The notes under the pieces are model-generated. The model saw only the letters and a program-made list of their open reading frames with translations, searched no databases and had not been told where the DNA came from. Made by a program: the position numbers and the translations under genes. A stretch of DNA of 54,101 nt, counting the filler, from Ionaspis alba (taxonomy: Eukaryota), in the NCBI GenBank assembly GCA_964255285.1. It is 3 parts of 3 records of this genome, joined end to end, with 100 filler letters (N's around TTAATTAATTAA, not from the genome) between each part and the next. Parts side by side here need not be neighbours in the genome. Positions count along the whole stretch, not along the records: positions 36,138 to 54,101 come from CAXUUL010000304.1; 2 more parts are not named here. One strand, 5' to 3'. Positions 37,036-49,690 of this stretch are shown piece after piece (the stretch's first letter is position 1; every line of letters begins with the position of its first letter).

Positions 37036-38075
37036 TCAATCGTCAGTTTGCCTTCTCGCCTTTCTCCCTGCTGACTTTGCCTTTCCCCTAGTCTTTTTGC
37101 CCACTTCTTTCTTCTCCGCCTCGTCCTTAAGGTCATCGATCACATCTGCACCAAGACTTGTTCCCATGCAAAGATCCACAAGACCCAGCCGCCCATAATT
37201 TCCCTTCGCTCCACCTCCCATCAAGTGCCTTTCCTGCCTCCGTGCTATTCCGCCAAGAATGAATCCGCTTGGAAGCACATTATAGCCGCTAAATGCGAAC
37301 AGATCTTCCAGAGAGACAACGGCGAGATACACATAGTAGGTAAGAAGGTGGAAGCGGAGTAGCATCGCAGGTATGTATGTGGGAAGGAAGTTGTTTATTA
37401 TGTACGCGGCTGGATGGTCATAATGTGCTGCCAACGAGTATGTCGCTGGTAAAGAGTGATACCATCTTTTATGGCATTTTCTGAGAGGGGAGGAGCGGGA
37501 GTGGAGCACATAGCGATGGAGGGTATATGTGAGGACCTGGTCTTGATCGTCAGGGCTTTGTAGTGAAGAATGTATGGTTTAGAAGAGCGTACTTCACGAA
37601 GCAGGAAGCCCTGTAAAAGCTCCTTGGCAATCGACCATGGCATAGGCAGCCTAGTCGTAACCTTCAAAGCGCTACGGATGTGGAACAGTTCCGTAAAAAG
37701 ATACTCGACTCCCGTCTGTAGCACGACGCTTAACAGTACATTGCCTATACTGATAAGTCCAACTTTCCACCACCGACCTCTTCCTCCTCCATGTTCTTCA
37801 CTCAATGCCAACGCGACTTCTCCATGCTCTTTCATATTCACTGCAAGACCCGGAAGAGCCGCGTCGAAGAGGAGGAAGCCAAGGGCCGGTAGGACATAGA
37901 AAAGAAGTCGTATAGCCAATGTCCCAAGGAACTCAACCTTCAAGGGATCGTGGGACAGAATGAGCGTCGACCACGTCAGGTAGAAAAACAATAGGTTCAG
38001 AGAAGTGGAGTACGAGGAGAAAAAAGGGATCGCGAGGAAAGTCAACGCTGGAATCGAAAGTATTGCGTCCATCAT
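37036..38075 (-). CDS. Fatty-acid hydroxylase / sterol desaturase-like membrane protein
   Basis: LNLLFFYLTWSTLILSH, LLREV|LTYTLHRYVLH, AAHYDHP, FSGY, GNYGRLGLVD. One intron at about 37538-37590. Confidence 0.75.
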
Positions 38076-38511
38076 GTCATGTGCAAGTATGTCGAGAATA
38101 TACAAAACTCGTGACGCGTATCTGTGCAGATATACAAGAGGTCGCGCAGGAACCCTCCATCGAAACAGAGGCCACCGGCGCGGGGATGCGACCAGAACTC
38201 GACCTTGGAAGATGTGGATGAAGAACCCCAGCAATGGCGCTAACCTTAAATTAATGCCGGGTCAGCCTTACAGCGGAATCAGACGCGACATTTCTGCGGA
38301 CACGCCGCCAGACCCAAGGTGTTAATGCTGCCCTTCTACTAATCATTCCTTCTTAGTCTTCCCTAGAACTCACATTAGGAATCCATCGAAGAGACTTGCG
38401 TGTTACTCCTGTTCTGTGGTGCTATCGTCATTCGAAGAGTTTTTTGATATCGGCACAACCTAGACGGATTTTGGAGTTCCCCCAATGCCTTAGGGCAAAC
38501 CACTAGCCGCG

Positions 38512-40523
38512 ATGTGAGTAGCGACGGAAGCTGCGTTGCGAAAGCAGCTTCGCTCATCTGACATCAACCTCCAGGCCAGCCCCACAGGCATTCTCCTCCT
38601 CTTATGCGCCGCGTCTGAGGGCTCACCTCAACTCACTTCTCACACCTGTCATTCAACCGTCTACAGCTCAAAATGCGCCTGCTTCACGAACGACAAAGCG
38701 GGGGACCGTCGTTATCAACTACTCTGAAGATCTTCTCGCTGAAGATGACTGGGACGACAGCGATGGGCCACGAAGACCTACAGGGTTGCGGAGTAGAAGA
38801 GAAGATCCAAATCAGTCGAGGGAGACCGTAGCGGATAGACTGGGAAAGGAACTGACGGCTCCGGTCGAAGTACAGGGAATATGGAGAGAATGGATGGGTA
38901 AGCCGAAGTTTGGCAAGTAAGTTTGAGGAATCCCCCGATATCAGGCTGCAGGCTGGATGCTGAGCTTACACTTTATCGTAGGACCGACAAGCAACTACAT
39001 GCGCAATCCTCTTTACCCTTAACTCTCATTCCTATCCGCATCGATCTCGACATCGCGTCTTTCACTCCTGCTCCAGCTCTTCCACTCCCTGCCGATGCCC
39101 AAGCTTTCAATATCAACCCATCCCTACCAGCATACCGATCACCTGACCCAACACCTCCCTATCGACTCAAAGACGTCTTCCTCTGGAATCTACACGAGAG
39201 CTTGATTACTCCTGAACAGTTCTCGCTCGTCCTGTGCCATGAGCTCGACCTTCCATACCCTGCGTCCTCTGCTATCAATATAAGCAACCAGATACGCCAA
39301 CAGCTGGAAGAATACGCTGGTGTTGCGTTACATCCTCTCTTTCACGTGACCAACACGACTGGGGGTGACGGCACAACCATCAAGACGATACAAGCCGGCG
39401 GGTCTCGAGACCAGTCAGCCACACCAGCAGATGGAGGACCGTCGACTCCTGCACCCAATGGAGTGGACGGCAGCAGTCAAACAAACGGTCACTCCGGGCT
39501 TACAAAACCCAACGATTCCATCACAGCAACAGCCACCCCCCACCGGCCCCCCACCTCCGAAGTCTACAGCCCCGACGACACGTACCGCTGTATCGTAACT
39601 CTCAATATCAACCTCCTCAACAAGCTTTACACCGACCGCTTCGAATGGTCCCTCCTGCACCCCCCTGGCGTAGCCGAGCACTTCGCCAAAGTAACCTGCG
39701 CCGACATGGGTCTCGGCGGCGAATGGGTCCCTGCCATGACGCACGCCATCTACGAAGCTGTGCTGCGGCTTAAAAAGGAAGCCTGCGAAAGCGGCGGCCT
39801 GGTCGGCGTTAGCGGCTACGGCGGCGACATCGACAACCTCGCGCTCGAAGGCCAGGAAGCGGGTTGGCGCTACGATCACGAGCATCTGGCCGATGAGTGG
39901 GAGCCGAAGGTGGAGACGCTCTCGAAGGAGGAGATCGAGAAGAGGGAGGGGGATCGTGAACGTCAGATTAGAAGGCTCAGGAGGGAGACGGCGAGGTTCT
40001 CGTCGACCGCTAATATGGCTGGCGGGATGCCGACGCCTGGGGGTGGATTTGAGCAGAGGGATGAGGTGGAGACGCCTATGGGGAGGGGAGAGAGGAGTAA
40101 GAAGAAGAGGAGGTTTAGGAGTTTGAGTCCATTGGCGAGAGGTGGAACGCCAGGAGGGACATCCGAGGCGGCCGGGTATGGAGGTGGTGGGGGGTTGACT
40201 GATTGGTATGTTTTCTTTTGTGTTGAGGAAGATAATGGTATGGGGCTAATAGGGGTGTCTCAGGGAGCGGCAAAGTTGGCGGTGCTCGCATTGTCAGGTC
40301 TGGGGTTCTGCTGTTTGGGCTGTTCGTGATGGACCGAGTGGGCCGAGGGTATGTCTATTCTTGTTTGTCTCTCTTTGTGCGCAGATACTGACTTTGACAG
40401 TCACTTTGCAATAATTGTGGGCTTTTCTACGAACGCGATAAGCGGTTGTCGCCATGGTCAAAGGACTTGCACAAGTCGGATACCCCCATAGGGAATCCAA
40501 ACGCGGTGCGGCAGATGGCATGA
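38512..40523 (+). CDS. SFH1: RSC chromatin-remodelling subunit Sfh1 (SNF5 domain + C-terminal GATA-type zinc finger)
   Basis: PQAFSSSYAPRLR, RTTKRGT..INY, LIPIRIDLD, KDVFLWNLHE, YTDRFEWSL, EREGDRERQIRRLRRE-like tail, WRCSHC..RDGPSGPR|SLCNNCG. Confidence 0.9.
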
Positions 40524-40797
40524 GGTTGGTCGTTCTTCCTATTCGGAGTTATCTTTGGAGGAGTATTGTTGTGTGAAGGTTCTGCCCATTCGTCTTTGTC
40601 ATATGGAGAACGTGGTTGTTTTTGGCATTTGTTACGCTAAGGCGTCCGAGTCTGACATGGGGTGGACATCTATGTCATGAGTGTATGATTAAAAAAGGTA
40701 GCTAATGCTAAAGTGCTGGAGCAAATCCAACCATGCAACAATTTCCTCTGCTCCCTGGAAATCTGGAAACGACATGCAAGCTATGTGCAGCACACTA

Positions 40798-41376
40798 TCA
40801 AGTCTCAGCCTTCTTTGCTACCGGCTCGTTCGCCAAATCCTATCAGCGAGTATCAGCACATTTTTCTCGCGATCTCTAGCGCAGAACCCAACTCACCTCT
40901 TCAGCCTTCCGCTTTCCGCCCACTGCAGGCTCCTGCTTCGCTACCCCAGTCTTCACAGCTCCAGCAGCCATAGCACCCGTTACAACGATATTGCGACTCC
41001 CGTAGACCTTTACTCCCCCTCTCACGTTGATGTTCACAGCTTTTCCGCTAGTTTGAGGGACATTCCGCAAGGCCACCGCAAGCATGGCTGCTAGCTTCGC
41101 AGGTTCAGTGGATGTGGAGGCCAAGCTGGGCAGACAGACTTTGTTGTTGTGGCCGATTATCTGCGTCGAGTTGTCAAGAGTGATCGTTATGGGTGTGTCT
41201 GACGAGGAAGGGGTGGTGGTCTTAGATTTCAGTAGAGAGATGGGTATACTCGTCGTTGCTGGTCGTACATTGGGTGTAGAGTTTGTTGATGGGCTATACG
41301 GAGGTGGCGGCGGTGGGGTTGTGGAGTTCGCAGCGAGTTGGGCGAGGAGAGCTTCTACTGTGTTAGGAGCACCCAT
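40798..41376 (-). CDS. Hypothetical protein with PPPY motif, two beta-rich repeats and a basic NLS-like tail
   Basis: ITLDNSTQIIGHNNKV and VNINVRGGVKVYGSRNIVV repeats, KRKAEE. A GTGAGT..GCTGAT..TAG intron leads to a last exon DLANEPVAKKAET*. Confidence 0.6.
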
Positions 41377-42706
41377 CTTGTCGGAAACGAACAGTCGTGA
41401 GAAAGGAACAGGTAAAAATGGCAGTGGAAGCAGTATCGGTTATGTCGCAAGCTTGAAGTCGTAAGTCTTGAGTATAGCAAAAAGGGCGAGAGTTGAATAA
41501 TGGAAGGCTGGCGGTAGCCTCGCGGAGATATAGAAAAGCAAGAAAACATCCACAGGCAGACTCCAGGGATGATGCATCAATAGGAAAATTAGCTTCAGGC
41601 GCGGGGGCTGGACTACATATTGTGCATCAATAGGATAGGGTTCTTATTGAGCAAGCGAATCAATAGTATCGCGCCATTGGAGCAGGGAGTGGGGGCTGGT
41701 TGCGTTAGGCTCCTGCGCATGTGCATGGGTGCGAACAACATGAGGCGGGTGCTATCTGTGTCATAAGGATTGTGACATCGTGGGACCTGCCTGGATGGCA
41801 GAGTTACTGGTCCTTTAGTGTGTTGGCCTGTCACACCGTGAATGGTCCTTGCTTGCTATTGTGCTTCGAATNNNNNNNNNNNNNNNNNNNNNNNNNNNNN
41901 NNNNNNNNNNNNNNNNNNNNNNNNNNNNNNNNNNNNNNNNNNNNNNNNNNNNNNNNNNNNNNNNNNNNNNNAGTGTGTTGGCCTGTCACACCGTGAATGG
42001 TCCTTGCTTGCTATTGTGCTTCGAATCGAGTAAAGGTTTCCTATGGAGCCTTTTTTAGCGTGCTTTCTAAGCGAGGAGTCCTCCAACCTCTTTTTCTATG
42101 TACGCCAACGGGTACTATCACATAAAAAATCACGCACTGTCGCAGAATTTCCTAAGAGATCTGCTGAGTCAGAAATAAGAGAATCGTTGTGATATTAGAG
42201 AACAACATAACCTTAGCAAGGGATTCACAATAAAGTTGGTCACTTCGAGGGCAGCCAAGGTGTATGACCATCAATGTCGGTAACGAGATAGCCGAAAGAC
42301 ATTGGATGAACGCATATGTCGTCTCTATGAAATGTATTTCTGCTAGAGTTTATAGCACCAGCGAAATAGCCGGAAGAACAAAGTGCGAGGCGAAGATAAG
42401 TAGTTGAAGAAGCAAAATAACGGATCCCAATCAGAATCTTTGATGCCAAGCCTTATCAAAGCATCACCTATCTTTCTATAGCATTGAATACAGATCCTTG
42501 TCTGCAGTAGCTTGTCAGGTTGTCCGTAGTTTCAAAGACTCCAGAGTGTCGCAGGAAGTGCACCATCGGGACTTGATAGTCTGCCCAGTCAGGCTAAGCG
42601 CGAAATCTCCTCGCTAAGCTCTCCCACACATGGACTTTTGGTTTGATATTGGACCTTCAGCGACCAGACACTCGACCACGACAATCGACCTCCACCAGTG
42701 TCCAAG

Positions 42707-43552
42707 ATGAAGTACATACACTCGGAGGAGTCGCTGACTATCCCTGAGAACGGTGAGTCTGCTCGGGCATTCTCACACAAAGTAGTGTCGGAATTGCCCA
42801 TGCATTGGAGCGACCACTAACATCCAAAAGTCAAGGTCAGCATCAAATCACGAATAATCACTGTCGAGGGCCCTCGAGGTATGTTTTAAAGCTCCAGCAA
42901 CCTCTCCTTCCATCCGCGCTCAATCTCTGACGTCCGTCACCAGGCAAGCTCGTCAAGAACCTCTCCCATCTCTCTGTCGGCTTCTCAAATCCTGCCAAAA
43001 ACACCATTGTCATCGATCTCCACCATGGCGCCCGAAAGAACGTCGCTACTCTCCGAACCGTCAAGACCCTCATCAACAACATGATCATCGGTGTCACGAA
43101 AGGCTTCAAATACAAGATGCGATACGTCTACGCCCATTTCCCCATCAACGTCAACATTGAGAAGAACTCTGAGACTGGTCTATTCGAGGTCGATGTCAGG
43201 TACGCTTCAAAGAGGGTTTTAGGGGCACAAATGTTGTGTTGGGTGGAAGGAGACTGATTGAGTGACAGGAACTTCTTGGGCGAGAAGATCGTGCGGAAGG
43301 TCACTATGCAGCCGGGTGTTGATATCGAGCCGTCGAAGAACCAGAAGGATGAGCTGCAATTGACGGGAAACTCGTTAGAGAATGTGTCACAGAGTGCGGC
43401 CGACATCCAGCAGATATGCAGAGTGAGGAACAAGGATATCCGGAAGGTTTGTAATTCTCAGTCGCGTAACATGGACACTCTTGCTGATTCATGTGTTCTA
43501 GTTCTTGGACGGTATCTATGTCAGTGCTAAGGGCAACATTGTCGAGGACTAG
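42707..43552 (+). CDS. RPL9: 60S ribosomal protein L9 (uL6), multi-exon
   Basis: [65 protein letters not shown]. Confidence 0.97.
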
Positions 43553-44013
43553 GCTGTCTTGTTGGCATTAAGCGCGATTCGATATTCGAATGCTCGATTG
43601 TTCAGTAGCAGATGATTAGCTCAAAATCAATAATCGACATTCGACTCAGGCACACACAGCCACGTGTATTGATTGCCAATAGAGTGTCGGCTGATGGAAT
43701 GAGAGAAAGTTCGTCCCGACAGAAGCAGAGTGACAGTGATATTGATTGCCTTTAACGTCCCCACTAATTGTCCCTCAGTAAATCTTTCCTCGTGGGCTAC
43801 GATCCCAAACCCTTGGGACGAGAGCTCTACGGTGTTACAACATTTCGTAAAGTCACGAGACACCCTATTGAATCAAATTCGCTCCATCGAGAATGAAGAG
43901 GTTTGAAGTTGATTGTCCATTCGATTGAGTCACATTGGATCTAAATTCATTCAACATGGCTGTTCCTCAGAATCAAACATGCTGGCTTTTCCCATTCTCA
44001 CCCAATCCAGCAC

Positions 44014-45774
44014 TCACAAGTCCGCCGTCCGATCCTCGCTCCCCTTGATCCACGCCTCAAGCTTGCTCCTATCTCTAACCTTAAATCCGACCTTGAACTT
44101 CTTCGGCTCAGTCGTGAGGCTTGTCGGAATCGCGTTACACTCCAGCGCATCTAAGACCGGCTGGTCCCGTGGGTCCTCTGGGGGCAAGATCTGGAACGCA
44201 GCAAATAGCCGTATAAACGCCGTATACAGCTCTCGATTCGCCAAGTGCGAGCCCGCGCACATCCGAGACCCGGCGCCGTAGGCGTAGTGAGGTGTTCCCG
44301 TGCCGGCGGTATCGGCGAGATAACGGTCGGGATTGAAGGCGTGGGGGTTGGAGAAATGTGCTGGGTCATAGTCTGCTGAGTATGCGTTCTGGGAAGACGA
44401 CCATCAGATTGTCTGATCGTGTTGCTTTGGAGAGCCCATGAAGCAGGAAAATGAGTGGAAAGGGTCGGACTTACCATGTAGAAAGTAGTCCCTGCTGGTA
44501 TCGTAGCATTTTCCCACTGGATTGGCTTGATGCTGACGCGAGGAAGGCAGATCGGGATCACGGTCCAGAATCGGAGGACTTCTTTGACGAACGCTGTGAC
44601 GTATGGCACGTGCTCTTCGGTCAGGCATTTCTCCCACGCATCGCCTTCAGGATAGACTTGCATGATCTCTGAATAAGCGCGTGCTTGTATTTCTTGGCCG
44701 TGCTGTGAAGAGAGATAGGCGATTCCCATGATGAGGTTGCCGGGGACAGTATCGAGACCGGCAGAGACCATTGTTAGACATATGGACTTCAGTTCCGCTG
44801 CGAGATATCAGCTGTAGGTCCTGAGTAGGTTGCAGAGATGTCAGTAGATCCTTTAACTTGCGGAGCTCACCTTCGGTCAACTTTGCTTCGGGGTCCTTGA
44901 GCACATTTCCCGTAATACACGGCTTGTCCTCTCCCTTGGCGATCTTGTCTTTCAGAATATTGAGGAGCAACGTAAGGTACTTATCCCGGCGGACGCGGTA
45001 CTCGCCGGCTTGGCTGTTCCGGCTAGGCCAGAGGCGAAGAAGCGGAATGTAGTCTTGCCAATTGTTACTCGTACTCCGTAAGTTCGACACTACTCGCTCG
45101 ACATGCACAATCTCTTTGAGAAGCTCGTTGTCAACCATGCCATCAATTCTGATTCCATAATTGAGCGTAAGACTTGTGTTTAGGGCAAAGCGTTGGAAGT
45201 AAGCATTAGGATCAATGTCGATCTCGCCACTCTTGCTGTCTGTGAGTAACTCTTTGATGCTGACCATGCTTTCGAGGTCAATGATGGGCATGTAGCTCTG
45301 AACGGCAGGTCTGTTAAGTGCTGTCGCTGCAGCCTTCCTTCGTTTCTTGCAAGATTCGTCCCATGGCGAAGTGCCAATTGTGAAGCCTTGCGAGGAGCTG
45401 ACTACCGTGTGAAACGTGTGCAGAGTGGGGCGAGATATCAGAGCGGACTGGTTCGTGATCCAGATATGTTTGACACTTTCAAAATCGTTGGCGAAAACAA
45501 TGCGCTAGAATCATGGTTCAGTCTCTCGTTCAAACATTGATCGAGGATAAATTACCTTATTCCCCAACCGCACCTGAAATACAGGTCCATACTTCTTCGC
45601 AAATTCGCCGGCTCGCTTTGCATGTTGGTTACCCAACTGCAGCAGATTGCCGAAAATTGGCACACCTGGAATTTCAGGGAGGTTCTTGATCTTAGGGATA
45701 TCGGTGCGATTGAGATATCGGATAGCAAAGAACAACACAGCAGCGACCGCAAACGCAATAGCCTGATAAGTCAT
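44014..45774 (-). CDS. phacA: Cytochrome P450, CYP504 family (phenylacetate 2-hydroxylase-like)
   Basis: RTDIPKIKNLPEIPGVPIFGNLLQLG, SSQGFTIGTSPWDESCK, FALNTSLTLNYG, SAGLDTVP, KEVLR and heme motif YGAGSRMCAG. Three introns. Confidence 0.88.
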
Positions 45775-46327
45775 ATTGATTGGGCTTACAATACGAATAG
45801 AGGGGCAGAAATCGAGGAGGGAAATCAGTAGTTTGCTCAGGGCATGCGATTGAAGATGTCAAACAGAGCAACTGTTGCAGATTTACATAATCTCATTCAA
45901 ACCATACGAGAATAAAAAAATTGGTCTTGTTAGATCAATTCTAGAAAACGCTTACTTCGACAAAACTCTTATAATCCCCATAGTCCAGTACTAGAGACCT
46001 ACAAGCGTTTCGATAAGTTTGCGGGGTGTGAAGGTGGAATTCGGCACGAGCGGAACACTCCCGCGTTTTAGGGTAAGGAGAGCGAATCCATAATCCTTGC
46101 AATGAGCCCTGCATGTGAAGGTATGCTGCTCTGGAGCGGTTGGCCTTCAATGTTGCAATTAGTTTTCACAAGTTAGAAAGATACGGGGCCGCACGTCGGA
46201 ATGATCGATGGACAGGGCCAGTGATCTGAGAAGGACGCGGAATCTCTGTGGAGCATTTCTTAACTGACGTCATGTCATGATGCGGACTGGAAATCAACAT
46301 AACAACACCTGTGTTGCTCAACGGCTA

Positions 46328-47670
46328 TCATGGCTTCATGGCCGGTTCAATCCGACCGACGCATTCGCCAAAGCCAACCAGATCTCCTGCTTCGCCACCA
46401 GCCCAGCCTCTAATAATCACTGCATCACCATCCTCGAGGAATTTCCTTTCCTCACCACCCTCCAGTGTGATGGTTGTTTTCCCGTTTGAGGACTGCTCTA
46501 GCATGCTACCTTGCGTGCCTGGCTCTGTACCGCTGATTGTGCCTGACCCCAGAAGATCACCTACCTGCATGGGACAGCCTGTGATAGAGTGATGGGCCAG
46601 CATTTGAGGAAAGGAGAACAGGAGGTTCTTGGAACTAGTTCTGGTGATGGTAGTAGTCGATCCAGAAGATGCTGCAGGTCATTAGCGACTACTCTTGAAA
46701 TGACAATCCTGTCCTTACTTTCCAAGTCAATTTCAAGGTTAATGTCATACACGTTCTCAACCTTCTCCTCCTGTAAATAAGGGAGCAAATGGGTCTCATT
46801 CTCAAGGCTGTTGCACCTGAAGGGTTCCAAAGCATCTGCAAGTACCACCCAAGCACTGATCGAAGTCCCAAAATTCTTAGCATTGAAGGGTCCTAGAGGA
46901 ACGTACTCCCAAGCTTGAATGTCTCTTGCGGACCAATCGTTCATGAGAACAAAACCAAATATGTATTCTTCGGCGTCTTCGATTCTAATAGGCTCTCCCA
47001 TCTCATTGGCTTTGCAGACGAACGCTCCCAATTCGAGCTCAATATCCAGTTTCCTGCATGGAGCGAAAGTTGGAACTTTTCGCTCAGCGGCAGGATGTTC
47101 GAGTATTTGGCCCCATGGCCTTCGAATGCTCGTGCCTGAAACGACTACCGAAGAGGCCCGACCATGGTAGCCCACCGGTAGATGGGTGTAATTCGGCTGC
47201 AATGCATTGCTCGGGCCGCGAAACAAGACTCCAACGTTATAGGCATGGTTCTTCCCAGCGTAGAAGTCGGTGTAGTCTCCGATGTGAAGTGGCAGATGTG
47301 TAGTCACGTTCTTGAGGGGGACAAGTGCCTCTTCCTGGAGTCGGGTATTTGCCTTCAGGATCTGGGGATACTCTGTCTCTTCTGAGAAAATATTTTGAAG
47401 GTAGCCACGCACTTCGCAGTGAACAGGACGGCCAAGAGCAGCGAACGCGTTCAAGGTGGGCTGTGAGAAGACTGACAAGCTGTTCTGTATTGAGGGAAGT
47501 TTGGAAAAGCCATCATTGGAAGCGAATATCTGAAGATCTAAGGCATATTCACCAATTGCAGCAGCGGGGCGTGGAGTCTTTGTAGCCGCCGTGCTGATGA
47601 TGCCGAAGGGAATATTGGCGAGAGAGAAATGAGATCGGAGCGGGATCGAAAGCCAAGACTTTGCGGACAT
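46328..47670 (-). CDS. fahA: Fumarylacetoacetase
   Basis: FSLANIPFG, GDYTDFYA..HAYNVG, HLPVGYHGRASSVVVSGT, LDIELE, NDWSARDIQAWEYVPLGPF.AKNF, GDLLGSGTISG. One intron. Confidence 0.95.
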
Positions 47671-48448
47671 TTTGTGACGGACTGGACATTGACTTGAACA
47701 GAACAATCAGAACCTCAGGCTACAATTGCGAGAGTACGACAAGCACCACTAAAACAGAAAGAAATGCTTAAGATGTCGAATGACTTCCTAAATTATTGAT
47801 GTTCAAATCACAGTTTCTTATAGGCACTTCTATGGTACCGAAGGAGCGGCATTAATTCCGTCTTTTTCCTTTACTATATTCAATGACACTCCTGACATGC
47901 GGTGCTTAATATATATCGAGACTATGTGCACGTTGAAATTGCGTTGATCGCATGGACCACTGACTCGTGTGTAAGAATATCGCGCTGACTTGTTCACCCA
48001 CGCAGTGGATCAGTCATTTGTGGACGAGGCTCGGATATTGATTGATGATTCAAAATCACAGGGGTATTTACCATGATATCCTTCATGATTTCTCAAGTTC
48101 GTCACACTTGGACTTCACCGGAGCAGATACTCAAGATGGTGATTCAGTTAAAGACGTGAATCTGGAAGATGGTTCACATAGCCGGAGAGGAAACACAACA
48201 CATTGCCCAAAGTGGCATTTTCAGCACATCTTCTTTATTCACAGTGAAAGCTGATGACTCCTTGTGCTTCCCAAGATTATGTATAAAACCTGCATCTACC
48301 CTATGCAGTCCCTGCTCAACTATTCATCTATACCCTCATCCACTTCCTTAGACAAGACCTACCAGAAATCATCAAGCTCATTACTCGATATCGTTCCAAA
48401 ATATATACCAGATCCTGGCTTTCAAGTGCCGATCAAATCACCGATAAC

Positions 48449-49690
48449 ATGTCTTGTCCTACAGCCAAACTCTGGCTATTGCCTGACCACGAATACTACG
48501 CAATCACGGAAGACTATGCCTTGGTTCGACGATCTTCGGCTCTCGTCGATGCTCAGCTGAGTCTATTTGACCGTCTTTCAGAAGCGCCTGCAGGCAATTT
48601 GGCTTATGAGAACTATGACCAGTACGACCTCAACAGACCAGATTGTTTCGATCTGGGAAGAGACCCCTCCGCCGGGATTTTCGTCTATGCGGATGTCGAC
48701 TCGGAAAATCCAGCTCACAAGTTGCACCTCGATGAAGTCGAAGCAAAGATTCCGAGGCTCCAAGAGTTACCAGAGAAACTGTCAACAGCTGTCGAAGCAC
48801 TCGGCCAGGCAATTCGGAAGGGCCAAGAAGCTCACTTCGGTAAGCTCAGTGATCACGAGGTCATCAGCATCATGAAGGATGAGATCCGTGGCGACAATGG
48901 TTTTATTCATGGAGATTTACTCCGCGCTCTTATCAAGTTCGAAGATAAGGCCGTATTACAAAACGTCCTTACCGTGTTGTCGGGCCAAGCGCACCGTAAG
49001 AATCCTCGTCCTGTGATGCTGTTGATCGACATCATCTACGATCCAAGCGCAACTATCAGCAAGCCTCGAAAGGGTATCGCCGTTGGATACGAATTCCTGT
49101 CTGACAAGATCATCCTCAAGTCTTTCAATTGTACACGGAAGGAGCACCCACTTGCACGGTCATGGTTCCGACCGGGCATTGGATATGATTTCTTACAGTC
49201 AGCGACTGCCGAAAGTTACATATCAGCAGGTATAGCCTCGTCAACGATGGATAAAGATCCAATCGTTCTTCTCGCCCGACGAATCGCTGGCTCCTGGGTG
49301 AGAATCAACTACACCGCATGGGATTTTGCTGCAGAGACGACATTAGGGCTTGATGAGAGTCTCAAGTCAATCGGGAAAACCTTGCGTGAAACACCATTTC
49401 CAGCTCGCGAAAGGCCAGCAGCATCAGCCTACCGAATGACCACGGACGCTCTTCTCGTCGAGCTTGAAGAGCTCCGACTGGCTGAAAACGACCTGAGAGC
49501 CATAGCTATTCATGCTCACGAAGGAGGCTTAGGGAATCGAGCCGAAAGTGTGGCTAAGTATTTCGAGACATCAGTGAAGGCTTTGCAGCAGATGATTGAA
49601 GATCCGGAGGCTCTTCTGGATTTCTCGAACCTCAGTATGTCAGAATTCTTGGCAGACGGCAAGAAACACGACATCCCTATGATGTTCTAG
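48449..49690 (+). CDS. Hypothetical protein (413 aa, intronless, no recognised domain)
   Basis: Long open frame with globular-protein composition; TATAAA at about 48282. Confidence 0.65.
   Translation: MSCPTAKLWLLPDHEYYAITEDYALVRRSSALVDAQLSLFDRLSEAPAGNLAYENYDQYDLNRPDCFDLGRDPSAGIFVYADVDSENPAHKLHLDEVEAKIPRLQELPEKLSTAVEALGQAIRKGQEAHFGKLSDHEVISIMKDEIRGDNGFIHGDLLRALIKFEDKAVLQNVLTVLSGQAHRKNPRPVMLLIDIIYDPSATISKPRKGIAVGYEFLSDKIILKSFNCTRKEHPLARSWFRPGIGYDFLQSATAESYISAGIASSTMDKDPIVLLARRIAGSWVRINYTAWDFAAETTLGLDESLKSIGKTLRETPFPARERPAASAYRMTTDALLVELEELRLAENDLRAIAIHAHEGGLGNRAESVAKYFETSVKALQQMIEDPEALLDFSNLSMSEFLADGKKHDIPMMF

Noticed and set aside
41817..42026. Direct repeat around a gap upstream of RPL9
   Set aside because: Same 55-bp overlap artefact.
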